Positions 8,055 through 18,626 of a stretch of 64,000 bases of DNA are shown one piece after another (the stretch's first letter is position 1; every line of letters begins with the position of its first letter). The stretch spans positions 11,218 to 75,217 of the forward strand of contig JAZDEY010000059.1 in NCBI GenBank assembly GCA_043808325.1, in the 5' to 3' direction. The DNA comes from Candidatus Eiseniibacteriota bacterium. GTDB taxonomy: Bacteria; Arandabacterota; Arandabacteria; Arandabacterales; Arandabacteraceae. Below the pieces are notes generated by a model. That model was not told the origin of the DNA. It worked only from the letters and a program-made list of their open reading frames with translations, and did no database searches. Position numbers and translations under genes: made by a program.

Positions 8055-10365
8055 CACGTGATCTCCGTCCGGGCCGCCTGAAGGCAGTGACCGCGCTCCC
8101 GACCACAATCAGGCATGACACCAGGCAAACATAAGCGCCGATTCTGTACCACTTTGAAGAGAACTTCATTTCGATCGAGTGTTCGCCCGGCTCCAGGTGG
8201 ACCGCCCTCATAGCTATGTCGCACCGCAGGAGCGGCACCTCTCGGCCGTCCACATAGGCTTTCCAGTAGGGAAGGTAATTCTCGGTGAAAAAGAGATAGC
8301 CGGGGCTTGCGGCCCGGGCCCTGACCTTCACCCTGTCGGGAAGGTAGGTCTCGATCTTTGCCCACTCTTCGGCTCCGGCGTCCCCGGTTCCCGACATGGC
8401 GGCGGCGAACTGATCAGCCGCCAGAACGATGGTGGTTGAAGGGTCAAACGATGGACTCGTGATCATGTTGAGCGCCGCGGAGTCGCTCTCCGCAACAAGG
8501 GCATTGTGCACGATGGAGGCCCGCGGCACGAACCCTCGATTCCTGTAAAGGAAGAGGTTCTTGAAGTCACGCTCCAGAGCGAGCAAGGGGTGGTTGACCC
8601 TCTGGCTCGTGACCACATACTTTACGTTGGTGATGCGCATGATGTTGGGATCGGTGAGATTCTGCTGACCGGTCCCCGTCAGGGTCTCGTAGTATCTGAT
8701 CCGGTTATCATAGAATCCATTGGCAGTCTGGATGCCGAACAGCGGCAGGTAGTTGCGGTTGTAGTAGTCGGCACTTGTAGCCGGCAGAACCCTCGAGATG
8801 TCCTTATCGCTTCTGATCTGTTCGATCACGGGATCCCGGCGAAGCCAGTCGCCGAGCCTCAAGTACTGGATGAACCGCATCGACTGGGGGAGGCTGGTTG
8901 CAAGCACTCCGGCCAGGAGCACCCCCAGCAGGATCTTTCCTTCCCGTGCGCTGCGGTAGCGGCTGGCCGCGAGGAGAAGAGCTGCCCCGGCACAGAGCCC
9001 GAGAATGAGAGCGTCACGTGAGAGTTCTCCGCCGTATTTTTGTATGATCGCGACCTTCTCGCTGCCCGGATTTCCATACAGGCCTTGCCACATACTGAAG
9101 AGGGCGCCTCTCCCCGCAGTGAAAAGGATCGTCGTCGCCGCCGCGAGGACGAGAAGGGCGGTCAGAATCTTCTTCTGATAGGCCGTGATCTGCTTTGACA
9201 GCAGGGAATCCACCAGGAAGGCCGCAAGCACGCTCGAGGCACAGGAGAACATGAACATTATGATGCTCGGAGCCCGCAAGAACTTGGCTCCGGGCACGGT
9301 GTAGAATGCCGCCTTCAGGAGCGGAGTGTGGGCGCCCAGAGCATAAAGCGGGCAGAAGATGAAGAGCAGGAGCCACGGCCACGCATCCCTCCTCCTTAAG
9401 AGGTATATGAATCCGCCGATCGCCAGCAGCAACACCAAGGGTCCGGGCGATTCCGCATTAAGCTTGAAGGGATTCCGGCCCCAGTAGGAATCGAGGTACC
9501 CGCCGAACATCGGATACATCAGCGAGACGATTTCCTCGGGATGGAGCGACCAGCTTGAGGCGAAGGCGAAGGTCACCCCCCCGGTCCTCGGGGAGAAATT
9601 GGTCGTGTAATAATAAGTCGGCAGGAACTGAACGCAGCCTATGCCGATGCCGAGAAGGAGGGCAATCACTAGGTAAAGGCTGCCCCTGGCGAGCATCTTG
9701 CTCCTCGCCAGCCCGGGGATCTTGAAGAAGAAGTAGATCGCAAGCCCCCACGCGGCGAAATAGGTCATCTGGGGATGCGCCGTGAGGAACAGGAGCCCCA
9801 GCACCGCGCCGAAAACAACGGCGTAGATATATTTTACGTATCGAAGCAGAAGCTCCAGGGCCGCTACACAAAGGGGGAAGAGCGCCGTAACGAACATCTT
9901 GCCGTCGTGGCCGGCGTAGATCAGGGATAGGAAATAGGGAGCCGTCATGTAGCATAATCCCCCCAGGAAAGCCGGCCATCTCTTCAAGGCCAGTGTTCTG
10001 AGGAGCACGTACATACCTATGCCGGCAAGCCAGACGTGCAGCACGATCTTGTATCCCAGAGCCTTGTGCAGGGGCATCACAAGATAGAGCAGCGCCGGCG
10101 GGTAGAAGAGATCCCCATGCATCGCATCGACAACCGGAAGCCCGCCAAGAATGTAAGGGTCCCACAAGGGTATAGTGCCATTGGCCCGCCAGTAATCGGC
10201 GACCACCTGGCGCATCATGTAGCCCATCGGTATCATGTCGCTGCCGAAGAACATCTTGTCGGTGAAGATGAATCCATGAAAGATTATCACTACCAGCACC
10301 GCGAAAGCCACGGCGGCATACCAGTCCCATCTGGTAACGTGCTTTGCCACAGACTTGAGCTTCAT
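8047..10365 (-). CDS. YfhO-family GT-C membrane protein
   Basis: PLWDPYILGGLP...FYP N-terminal motif, many TM helices and a C-terminal ENYLPYWKAYVDG...V.LEPGEHSI segment. Confidence 0.82.
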   Translation of the reverse strand: MKLKSVAKHVTRWDWYAAVAFAVLVVIIFHGFIFTDKMFFGSDMIPMGYMMRQVVADYWRANGTIPLWDPYILGGLPVVDAMHGDLFYPPALLYLVMPLHKALGYKIVLHVWLAGIGMYVLLRTLALKRWPAFLGGLCYMTAPYFLSLIYAGHDGKMFVTALFPLCVAALELLLRYVKYIYAVVFGAVLGLLFLTAHPQMTYFAAWGLAIYFFFKIPGLARSKMLARGSLYLVIALLLGIGIGCVQFLPTYYYTTNFSPRTGGVTFAFASSWSLHPEEIVSLMYPMFGGYLDSYWGRNPFKLNAESPGPLVLLLAIGGFIYLLRRRDAWPWLLLFIFCPLYALGAHTPLLKAAFYTVPGAKFLRAPSIIMFMFSCASSVLAAFLVDSLLSKQITAYQKKILTALLVLAAATTILFTAGRGALFSMWQGLYGNPGSEKVAIIQKYGGELSRDALILGLCAGAALLLAASRYRSAREGKILLGVLLAGVLATSLPQSMRFIQYLRLGDWLRRDPVIEQIRSDKDISRVLPATSADYYNRNYLPLFGIQTANGFYDNRIRYYETLTGTGQQNLTDPNIMRITNVKYVVTSQRVNHPLLALERDFKNLFLYRNRGFVPRASIVHNALVAESDSAALNMITSPSFDPSTTIVLAADQFAAAMSGTGDAGAEEWAKIETYLPDRVKVRARAASPGYLFFTENYLPYWKAYVDGREVPLLRCDIAMRAVHLEPGEHSIEMKFSSKWYRIGAYVCLVSCLIVVGSAVTAFRRPGRRSRDG

Positions 10366-11279
10366 CTCCTCGTCCTCAACATCAAGACCAGTCCGATTGC
10401 CCCAACCTCGGCTACGGTCACCCAGACCCTGGCGACCAGCGGAATGAGGGAAGGATAAGGCTTATCAAGCAGGCTTAAAAGCAAAAAAGTCGCGACGCCT
10501 TCGCGAATACCCAAACCCGCGGGAGTAATGACGCTCACAAACCCGACGGTCCAGGCAAGCGCGTTGATGCCGATCATCTCGGGCAGCAGCCTCGCGGTGA
10601 GGACCGAGTGGGGACCCGCCGCGGTCCCCGTGACCACCAGTGATGTCCCGATCAGATAGAAACCGACTCCATAGATGCACCAGCAGACCACGTAGATCAC
10701 AAGAAGCTTGAGGATGTCCAAGTAGCTCATCTTGAACTCCCCATGGCCTTTGCCCAACCGGGCAAGCACGGCCTTGACGATCCTGGGATGGACGCCGATG
10801 ACGATCAAGGGCACCAGGCCTAGGCTCCACGCATAAGGATGGCCGGCCAGAGACCCCCGGATGTAGGTTGCCAGTCCGAAGACCAGAACGGAACTACCAA
10901 GAACAAGCGCAAGTTCAAGCGCCATCGCGACCGTGGTTACGCTCTTGGGCACTCCCTCACGTTCCGCCAAATAGATTCGGCCAAGCGCAAACCAGACCTT
11001 GCCGGGCACGTACCGGCCTGCCTGGGAGAGCAGCCATATTCTGGTGCTCTTGGCAAAGCTCAAAGGGTAACCGAATTTCCGTGTGATGTATTGCCACACG
11101 GCGCCGTAGATGGGGAAAAGCAATACAAAGACGGCGAAGGCCCCACCGATCCTCCATGGCGATATCGCGAACCGGTAGCTGCCCAGTTCCCCGAGACTTG
11201 ACCTGAGGCTTCGGACAATGAAAAAGAGCGCCACACAGGCAATTATGGTTCCCAGTGCGCTCCGCCAGGTCAGCCTCAC
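10362..11279 (-). CDS. UPF0104/lysylphosphatidylglycerol synthase TM-domain flippase-like protein
   Basis: Multi-TM protein with SQAGRYVPGKVW and TPAGLGIREG motifs. Confidence 0.8.
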   Translation of the reverse strand: MRLTWRSALGTIIACVALFFIVRSLRSSLGELGSYRFAISPWRIGGAFAVFVLLFPIYGAVWQYITRKFGYPLSFAKSTRIWLLSQAGRYVPGKVWFALGRIYLAEREGVPKSVTTVAMALELALVLGSSVLVFGLATYIRGSLAGHPYAWSLGLVPLIVIGVHPRIVKAVLARLGKGHGEFKMSYLDILKLLVIYVVCWCIYGVGFYLIGTSLVVTGTAAGPHSVLTARLLPEMIGINALAWTVGFVSVITPAGLGIREGVATFLLLSLLDKPYPSLIPLVARVWVTVAEVGAIGLVLMLRTRR

Positions 11280-12409
11280 TTGCGAGATCCTTTCCGCTCG
11301 CCCAACCGATCCAGGATTATTTTGACGATTCGCCGTGAAGTCTTGCCGTCGCCGTACGGGTTCCTGCCGATCGTCATCCGCCGATACTGCTTCCCGGAGT
11401 CGAGCAGCGAGGCCGCCGAACGGACGATCTTGTGGAAATCGGTCCCGACGATCTTCACGGCCCCGGCCCGGACCGCCTCAGGTCTTTCGGTAACCTCGCG
11501 CATCAACAGCACCGGCTTCTTCAAGGAGGGGGCCTCCTCCTGGATCCCACCCGAGTCGGTTATGATCATATAGCAGGACCGCAGCAGTTTGACGAAATCC
11601 CTGTAATCCAGGGGCTCGGTCAGCACGACTCCCCTGGCGTTGCCGAGAATCCGTGCGACCGGTTTCCCGACGTTGGGATTGGGATGGACCGGAAACACCA
11701 CGAGGACGTCATCGTGAGTGGCCGCAATCTCCCTCAAGGCCCGCAGCATTCTCTCGAAGGGCCTTCCCCAGCTCTCCCTGCGATGGGCGGTGACCGCTAT
11801 CACGCGCTTGCCTCGGAAATCAAGGTCCCTCAGCACCCTGTTCTTGAACGGATAGCGCTTGGACGAGACGTGGAGGAGGGCGTCGATCACGGGATTTCCG
11901 ACAACAAACACGTCACGCTTAGGTACGCCTTCCCTCGCGAGGGCGCGGGCCGCGACCCGGGTCGGTGCAAAGTGCAAATCCGCGATCGCGCTTGTCAGGC
12001 GCCGGTTTATCTCCTCGGGAAACGGACTGTATTTCCTGTAGGTCCGCAGGCCCGCCTCAACGTGGCCCACCGGTATGCGCAAGTAATAGGCACAGAGGCT
12101 TCCAACAAAGGTGCTGGTGGTATCGCCCTGGACCAGCACGCAATCGGGTCTCTCTCTTGAGAGCACACCTTCGAGCTCTTCGACAAGACTTGCCGTCACC
12201 TGGAAGAGCGACTGATTGGGTCTCATTATGTCGAGGTCGTAGTCGGGTTTGAGGGAGAAGACATCGAGCACATCATCGCACATCTCACGATGCTGTGCGG
12301 TAAGCACGAGGATCGGCCTGGTCCGCCTGTGCTTCTTCAGCTCCAGCAGGATCGGAGCCATCTTGATGGCTTCCGGCCTGGTTCCAATAATGACCGCGAC
12401 TTTAAGCAT
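11276..12409 (-). CDS. wecB: UDP-N-acetylglucosamine 2-epimerase (non-hydrolysing)
   Basis: GTRPEAIKMAP, QGDT, HVEAGLR, PFPEE.NR and TDSGGIQEEAP motifs. Start could be 12409 or 12424. Confidence 0.95.
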   Translation of the reverse strand: MLKVAVIIGTRPEAIKMAPILLELKKHRRTRPILVLTAQHREMCDDVLDVFSLKPDYDLDIMRPNQSLFQVTASLVEELEGVLSRERPDCVLVQGDTTSTFVGSLCAYYLRIPVGHVEAGLRTYRKYSPFPEEINRRLTSAIADLHFAPTRVAARALAREGVPKRDVFVVGNPVIDALLHVSSKRYPFKNRVLRDLDFRGKRVIAVTAHRRESWGRPFERMLRALREIAATHDDVLVVFPVHPNPNVGKPVARILGNARGVVLTEPLDYRDFVKLLRSCYMIITDSGGIQEEAPSLKKPVLLMREVTERPEAVRAGAVKIVGTDFHKIVRSAASLLDSGKQYRRMTIGRNPYGDGKTSRRIVKIILDRLGERKGSRK

Positions 12410-13520
12410 CGCGCGCGACTTCATGATAGATCTCCTCATGGATGTCCGTCATCCTTGCTATGCTCCAGTTGGCCTGCACTCGCCGCCGGGCCTCTCTTCC
12501 CAGATCACTTCGGTCGGACCGCCGCGCCATCGTCAAGACGGCATCTGCAATCGCCTGCGGCGACCCCGACTCAAAGAGAACTCCGACGAGATCGTCTATG
12601 ATCTCGGGGAGCCCTCCCACCCGGGAAGCCGCGACCACTCTCTCACAGGCCATCGCTTCCAGGGCGGCGATAGAGGTCGCCTCGACGAGCGACGGTATAA
12701 CCACAAGATCGGCCGAGGCAAAGACCGAGGGCATTCTGGCGTTATCGACCGAACCCATGAAGACCACCTGGTCTGCGACGCCCAGCTGGCGAACCAGCGC
12801 CTCAAGATGATGTCTCAGGGGGCCGTCTCCCACGCTGTAAACCTTGACCCTGAGCCTACCTTTAAGCAGAGGAAGCGCTCGCAGGAGATACTCCACGCCG
12901 TTCTTCTCCACCAGCCTGCGCGGACAGACGATCACAAACTCCCCGTCGTCCTTGGCAAGACCCGGGGCAACCGCCTTGAACATCTCGGTATCGATGCCGT
13001 TGACGATAGGCAGAGTCCGTGCCCGGGGAAGCAGTCCACGTGTGACACCGTCGATCTCCTTGCTTGTGGAGAGCAGTATAGATGCCCGCCTGAGCGGCAG
13101 GCGTAAGAAGGGGCGCATCAGCTTCTTCTTGGCAAACCGCAGGAAATGCGATTCGTGAACCGTCACCACCAGCGGGCGGCGCGCAAGCAGGTTGGCCACG
13201 GTGCCGCTCAATGCGAAAGCGAAGGTATGGCAATGGATCACGTCGCACTTGCGGGCAAGCGAGAGCACCTTGGGGATGATGTAGATACTGCTTAGGACCC
13301 AGCCCAACGGATGCTTGCCGAATGAGGGCAGTCTCAAGACCTTTATACCGTCGATGGTTTCGACCTTCGGAGACGCCTTCTCGGTCCGAGTCGTGACGAT
13401 TTCGACCAGGTTGCCCCTTCGTGCCAACTCCTTCGCCAGGTAATAGACGTGGCTCTCTATGCCGCCGACGCGCGGCGGGAAATAGATCGAAGGCATCAGG
13501 ATACGCAAGTTGCGTTTCAT
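12402..13520 (-). CDS. Glycosyltransferase family 4
   Basis: YFPPRVGGIESH, NGID and EATSIAALEAMAC motifs. ATG 13520 overlaps the upstream stop (ATGA). Confidence 0.9.
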   Translation of the reverse strand: MKRNLRILMPSIYFPPRVGGIESHVYYLAKELARRGNLVEIVTTRTEKASPKVETIDGIKVLRLPSFGKHPLGWVLSSIYIIPKVLSLARKCDVIHCHTFAFALSGTVANLLARRPLVVTVHESHFLRFAKKKLMRPFLRLPLRRASILLSTSKEIDGVTRGLLPRARTLPIVNGIDTEMFKAVAPGLAKDDGEFVIVCPRRLVEKNGVEYLLRALPLLKGRLRVKVYSVGDGPLRHHLEALVRQLGVADQVVFMGSVDNARMPSVFASADLVVIPSLVEATSIAALEAMACERVVAASRVGGLPEIIDDLVGVLFESGSPQAIADAVLTMARRSDRSDLGREARRRVQANWSIARMTDIHEEIYHEVARDA

Positions 13521-15064
13521 CTGCCGCTCCCGGGGCCGGAAGGCAAGTGTCTCAACACCAGATTGATGGGTTCGGGGGTCGAGTAGACCGACGTGATCCT
13601 GTCCGGCATCGCGAGAAGCACCGGCACCAGGTAAGTCGCGGTCTGCGGGAAACCTATGCTGTTGTCGACCACGATGTAGTCGGGGCGCCACCTGTCAAGA
13701 TACGTACGCATAGCCTCGGCGTCGCGCGTGAACGGGTACTGGATGGTCCTTCTTTCACTGAAAATGTAGTAGAGGAAGGGACTTCGGGTCAGTACCACCG
13801 CGTCAGGTTTGGTACTATCCCGCACCCAGATCGCCGTCTCAAAGTAGTTGTTCCAGCCCGGTGGGTAGCCGTGCGGCCGGCTCGCGTATTGCACCAGGGA
13901 GTAGAGATTGGTGGCGGCAAGGCTTATGCAGATAAGGAGGACCGCCATCTGTCTTAGGCTGAAATACGCGCAGATACGCTCGATGCCTGCCAGAAAGTAG
14001 ACCGCGACCAGCGGCGCAATGGGGAGCATGAAGCGCTCGCTCCGCCAGACCTCAGGCCACACCAGGCAAACCGCCATGTAGGCCAGCAAATAAAGATTGA
14101 CGAGGGCAGCCCTCTTCCGCAGGGAGAAGCCCCCCAGGCCCGCAACTCCAAGGAGCACCAGCGAAACAAATGCGCGTGCCGAGAAATCCGTGATGTATCC
14201 CACAATCGAAGGAAGGAAATCCAGCGGGAGCATGCCGGTTATATAGGTCCAGAGATTGACCATGACCCGCTTGAGGAAGCCCAGGATCGTGATTCTCCCC
14301 AGGTCAGGCTCGTAGGGGTTCGCGGCAAAGAAGACGCTCAGGTAGCGGCTGCCTTCGCCCGCAGCCAGGCGATTGCGAAGCATCCATGCGGCGGAGAAGA
14401 TGACAAAGGCGGCGATCAAGAGACACGCCTCTCTCCTCCTATGCCTGAGCAGCAGGAAGAGAGCGACTGCGCCCACCAGACTCACGCCTGCGGTCCTTAC
14501 CACATAGGCCCAGATGCAGACCGCCAAGCCTATGAGGAGCGGCATCCGCCTCGCATGGTAGTTGATCACCAAGAGCAGCCCCAGGAGGCTGAAGAGGGCA
14601 TAGGGCAGATCGGAAAGCACCTCGTGGGAATACGGCAGGACCGCCGCCGATGTCGCGATCATCAGAGCCCCGATCAGGCTCAGATTCTCTTCGATCAGTT
14701 TCCTGCCAAGCAGGAAGGCGACCATCACCAAGAGCACGTAGCAGACCACCACCTCGACCTTCATCACCACCATCGAACCGCCGAACAGCGGAATCAACAT
14801 TGCGAGCATCAGCGGGAATCCCGGCGGATACTTGGTCGCCGGCAGAAGAGCGGGATGATTCAGATAGTGGAGACCCTCACCGGCAGCCAGGGACCTGGCA
14901 AGGATTGCGAATTCAGCGTTGTCCCCGATCGTGGACGGCAGGCTGTCGAACGATATCGCACCGATCAGGGCCGAGACGGCGCCGAGCGAGAGCAGCACCA
15001 GAGCAAGCCGGCGGCCACCACGACGCTTTCCCTCCGTCGCATCAGGTGGCCTGGGTATCAGCAT
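13517..15064 (-). CDS. GT-C (ArnT/PMT-2-like) membrane glycosyltransferase
   Basis: GDNAEFAILARSL...KYPPGFP first periplasmic loop, ~12 TM helices and RFMLPIAP. Start approximate (15064 or 15082). Confidence 0.75.
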   Translation of the reverse strand: MLIPRPPDATEGKRRGGRRLALVLLSLGAVSALIGAISFDSLPSTIGDNAEFAILARSLAAGEGLHYLNHPALLPATKYPPGFPLMLAMLIPLFGGSMVVMKVEVVVCYVLLVMVAFLLGRKLIEENLSLIGALMIATSAAVLPYSHEVLSDLPYALFSLLGLLLVINYHARRMPLLIGLAVCIWAYVVRTAGVSLVGAVALFLLLRHRRREACLLIAAFVIFSAAWMLRNRLAAGEGSRYLSVFFAANPYEPDLGRITILGFLKRVMVNLWTYITGMLPLDFLPSIVGYITDFSARAFVSLVLLGVAGLGGFSLRKRAALVNLYLLAYMAVCLVWPEVWRSERFMLPIAPLVAVYFLAGIERICAYFSLRQMAVLLICISLAATNLYSLVQYASRPHGYPPGWNNYFETAIWVRDSTKPDAVVLTRSPFLYYIFSERRTIQYPFTRDAEAMRTYLDRWRPDYIVVDNSIGFPQTATYLVPVLLAMPDRITSVYSTPEPINLVLRHLPSGPGSGR

Positions 15065-16013
15065 CGCTCCCCACCTCGCCATGCGAAAGCCGCGCCTTGA
15101 CGCTGTATTCCTTCTTGCCCCTGTGGCCGGCTCGAGTTATCAACTCCGCCAGGAGCCCCGTGGTGACCAACATGACGCCCAAGATCATCAGGAGCACTCC
15201 TAGCATCAAGAGGGGCGTCCGGCCCTGGATGTTGTGATGCTTGAGCCATATGCCCAGGAGGACGCCGTTGATCCCGAAGCCCACGAAAGCAAAAATCCCT
15301 CCGATCGTGCCGAAGAAGTGGAGCGGACTTCGAGTGTAGCCTGTCACCATTATCACCGTCAGAAGGTCCAGGAATCCGTGCAGGAACCTGCGGATGCCGT
15401 ACTTGGTCTTGCCGAACTTGCGCGCATGGTGGGTCACCGGGATCTCGCCGACCCTGAATTTTTCCTTGTACGCGAAGACCGGCAGGAACCTATGGAGCTC
15501 CCCGTAGAGCTTTATCTCATCGGTCACCTCTCTGCGATAGGCCTTAAGCCCGCAATTGATGTCATGGAGCCTGAGCCCGGTCGCCCACGCTACAACTGTG
15601 TTAAAGATCTTCGAGGGAATCGTCTTGGACAGGGGATCCTCCCGGTGCCTCTTCCAGCCCGAGACCAGATCGTAGCCGCGCCCCAGCTGCCGGATCAGGT
15701 TGGGAATCTCGCGCGGATCGTCCTGGAGATCGGCATCGATGGTCACTATTATCCCGCCCGAGGCTTCCTCGAAGCCAATGGCCAGGGCCGCGCTCTTCCC
15801 ATAACGCCGTCTGAAGCTCACCACCTTGGCGTGCGGATCCTGTTCGTATATCTCCTCGAGACGCTTGAGCGACCCGTCACGGCTCCCATCGTCCACATAG
15901 ACGATCTCATAGGAACGTCCGAACTGGCTCATCACATCGGTCAGCCTGCGATGAAGCTCCACGAGAGAGCCTTCCTCGTCAAACACGGGGACAACGATTG
16001 AGACATCAGTCAT
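15042..16013 (-). CDS. ArnC/GtrB-like GT2 polyprenol-phosphate glycosyltransferase
   Basis: VPVFDEE, VDDGSRDGS, GKSAAL, DADLQDDP, DINCGLKAYR and ELHRF motifs plus two C-terminal TM helices. Start at ATG 16013. Confidence 0.9.
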   Translation of the reverse strand: MTDVSIVVPVFDEEGSLVELHRRLTDVMSQFGRSYEIVYVDDGSRDGSLKRLEEIYEQDPHAKVVSFRRRYGKSAALAIGFEEASGGIIVTIDADLQDDPREIPNLIRQLGRGYDLVSGWKRHREDPLSKTIPSKIFNTVVAWATGLRLHDINCGLKAYRREVTDEIKLYGELHRFLPVFAYKEKFRVGEIPVTHHARKFGKTKYGIRRFLHGFLDLLTVIMVTGYTRSPLHFFGTIGGIFAFVGFGINGVLLGIWLKHHNIQGRTPLLMLGVLLMILGVMLVTTGLLAELITRAGHRGKKEYSVKARLSHGEVGSDADTQAT

Positions 16014-18288
16014 TGGCTTCGCTCCCCTCATAGCCCAGTTTGCGCAGAAGCCTGCGACTGTCCGGATTGAGCCGGCGGGCCCGCTCGAAGGCTCCTTGCG
16101 CCAGGTAACGCTCGCCACTGGCACTCAGTATATCGCCGTAGAGCTCATAGGATAAGGCATCCCGCTTGGTGACTTCAAGAGCTCTTTCCGCCGTAGCCTT
16201 AGCCTGCAAGTCTTCTCTCATCTGGAACTGACAGACTGAAAGCCCCCAGAGCGCTTCATAGAAGTCGGGCTTCTGCCTGACAAGGCCGCCGAAGATGGCC
16301 TCTGCGCCCTCAGTCTGCCCGGCATTCATCAGGTCGATCGCCTGTTCATATTGGCTTGGGCGGTAGCCTGACTTGGCGTATCCGGGCCACTGTTCGAACC
16401 TGAGCAAGGTGGCTTCCCGACCGCAAAGCCCGAAGAGCCGAATCGGTGCGGCCTGGGTTGAGAAGTCAGGGTAGTTCTGCGTCAGGTACTCATAGAGCGT
16501 GGGAAAACGCATCAGAAAGTGAGTGATCGGATACTGCTCGAACTCGCTTGTCTCCTTGTATCGCATAAGGTCCCCGTAGGCAGGAAGCGTCTTAAAATCG
16601 GTCTCCAGAGCAACGGTGGTCGCGCAGTCCCCGACCAAGAAGACATTGCCCGAGAGAACCCGCTTGATGCTCTGCGCCGCCTCTATGATCGAGTACTCCC
16701 TGTGGACCGCGTATCGCACGAATCTGGCCGAATTGAAAGCCACCACGGCGATGATGCATGCCCAGAAGATCCGCCTCGCCGTCCGGCTGGAGAGGCTTGT
16801 GACCGCAGCCACGATCCGCTTCTTGAAGAAGAAGGTGACGACGAAACTCGCGCCTCCAAAGATCAGCAGCTGGAGCGTGGTGGCGAACTGATAATCATAG
16901 AGCGCCTGCTGAAAATCGCTGAGAGCGCCGATCAGGACGTTCTTGCCTCCGGTCATCATCGTGAACGCCACGTCCTGTTGGAAGTGAAGCAGGAGCGAAG
17001 CAAGCCAGACACCGAAGGCCCAGATGAACCATCGCGGCCTCGGCGAGCCCAGGATAGGCTCGCCCCGCGCCAGCCGCAGCAGCAGAGACGATGCCAGCAA
17101 GCAGACGCTGGGCGTCAGCAGCACAAGATAGCGCAGGGGCCTGTAGCCCAGGAGGCTCATCGCGAAACCAAGCCCGACGAACCAAATCCCGGCCAGCACC
17201 TCCCATCGCGCAGCCGTGGGCTTCTTGAAAGAGAATCGCGACATCACTCCCAGTAGCCCCACGAAGGCCAGCAGCGACAGTTCAGGCATTTTCCCGAAAT
17301 AGCCGTCTCGGCCGCTACCGACGTGCATCAAACCGTCAAGACGTCTCACCAACGCGTCCCTGAGCGAGAGATCGCGATAATCGGCGCTTTGCGAGAGCAG
17401 GATGTTGCTCTTGAAGTACTTCGCCACGACCGCGGGATGCTCGGCATAGACAGTGGCCAGCCATAACCCGACGGCCACACCCAGGCCGCCGAGGAAACTC
17501 AGGATCAGGTGCGATCTGCGGGCCCCGTCATGACGGCCTTGGGGCGAGCCGATCAGCATGAAAACCAGGACAATCGGGACGAAATGAAGGGCGTGCATCT
17601 TGACCATGAAGGAAGCAAGCCCGACCAGGAGCCCCGAAAGGAAAAGAGCACGCCTCCCGCCGAAAGCGAGCCAGAAGGAGCCCAGGAGCATCAGCACCAG
17701 CAGCGTTTCGACAAGCGCCACCCGGCTGAAGATAACGTGGACATATGAGAAGCCGAGCACCACCGCCCCGATGAACCCGGCGAGGTTGCCCTCCAGTTTC
17801 CGCATCGCCAAATAGATCAGGCCTAACGAGGCCAGCGCCGGCAGGGCGCCGGTCAGATTGGCCTGTAGAAGGCCGACGCCCGCGATCTTGAAGACCACCC
17901 AGGCTATCAGACTGGAGATGGGATAGAAGAGAAACAGCGGCGAGCGGCGATCGATTATCCAATGGCCGAAAAGCAGCTTGTTCCGTGCGGCGTCAACCAC
18001 TCGGGCTCCATCGGTGAAAAGATCCTGGCTCCAGGTAAATTCCCAGGGCGGATCGGCCGCCAGAAAGGCAAGTCTGAAGAAGGCGGACGCCGCAACGGCA
18101 AGCCCTAAGATGATCCAATAGTTGCGCCGGTTGTCCTCAAAAGCGACCGTCTTCCCCACCGGCTCGCCGGCCACACCGGCAGGCTCCTGGGCCTCGGACC
18201 TATGGTCGCCCGGTCTCCGGGCTTCAGATCCCGAAAGCCCATGCCCGTTGCTCTCCGGTATCTTCTTATCGGCATCTCGCGCAGTCAC
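16006..18288 (-). CDS. GT-C (ArnT/PMT-like) membrane glycosyltransferase with C-terminal TPRs
   Basis: FTDG...ARN loop, SRVALVE, YRPLRY, multiple TM helices and TPR-like helices at the C-terminus (ALWGL..C; A..AFERARRLNP). Confidence 0.72.
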   Translation of the reverse strand: MTARDADKKIPESNGHGLSGSEARRPGDHRSEAQEPAGVAGEPVGKTVAFEDNRRNYWIILGLAVAASAFFRLAFLAADPPWEFTWSQDLFTDGARVVDAARNKLLFGHWIIDRRSPLFLFYPISSLIAWVVFKIAGVGLLQANLTGALPALASLGLIYLAMRKLEGNLAGFIGAVVLGFSYVHVIFSRVALVETLLVLMLLGSFWLAFGGRRALFLSGLLVGLASFMVKMHALHFVPIVLVFMLIGSPQGRHDGARRSHLILSFLGGLGVAVGLWLATVYAEHPAVVAKYFKSNILLSQSADYRDLSLRDALVRRLDGLMHVGSGRDGYFGKMPELSLLAFVGLLGVMSRFSFKKPTAARWEVLAGIWFVGLGFAMSLLGYRPLRYLVLLTPSVCLLASSLLLRLARGEPILGSPRPRWFIWAFGVWLASLLLHFQQDVAFTMMTGGKNVLIGALSDFQQALYDYQFATTLQLLIFGGASFVVTFFFKKRIVAAVTSLSSRTARRIFWACIIAVVAFNSARFVRYAVHREYSIIEAAQSIKRVLSGNVFLVGDCATTVALETDFKTLPAYGDLMRYKETSEFEQYPITHFLMRFPTLYEYLTQNYPDFSTQAAPIRLFGLCGREATLLRFEQWPGYAKSGYRPSQYEQAIDLMNAGQTEGAEAIFGGLVRQKPDFYEALWGLSVCQFQMREDLQAKATAERALEVTKRDALSYELYGDILSASGERYLAQGAFERARRLNPDSRRLLRKLGYEGSEAND

Positions 18289-18626
18289 TCTCTTGATCTC
18301 TCCTCGGATAGAAGCGTGATTGTCTGTGCCAGATCCTTCACTTGCTCACTCAACTCCGATATGCGTGTGGTCATCCAGAGCGATGTGAATATCAGGAACA
18401 TAAGAGCGCCGAAGAACAGGACCGAAACCGGGTAGGTCGCTCCTATCAATCTGGTGAAGAGCACCAGGGGTTTTACCCAGATCGCGATCACAAAGATCGC
18501 GAGGCCCGCCAAGATCCATAGGAAGGAATCGGTCTCACGCAACTTCCGGTTTCGCACAAGCCAGATGACGTAGACCACGAAGAACACACTGATCACCAGA
18601 GACATGATCCTCACCTGTAGAATCAC
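18285..18626 (-). CDS. DUF2304 family small membrane protein
   Basis: 113 aa with three TM helices, LVRNRKLRE..SFLW, and a C-terminal coiled coil (ISELSEQVKDLAQ). Sits next to a DPM-like GT2, as is typical. Confidence 0.85.
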   Translation of the reverse strand: MILQVRIMSLVISVFFVVYVIWLVRNRKLRETDSFLWILAGLAIFVIAIWVKPLVLFTRLIGATYPVSVLFFGALMFLIFTSLWMTTRISELSEQVKDLAQTITLLSEERSRE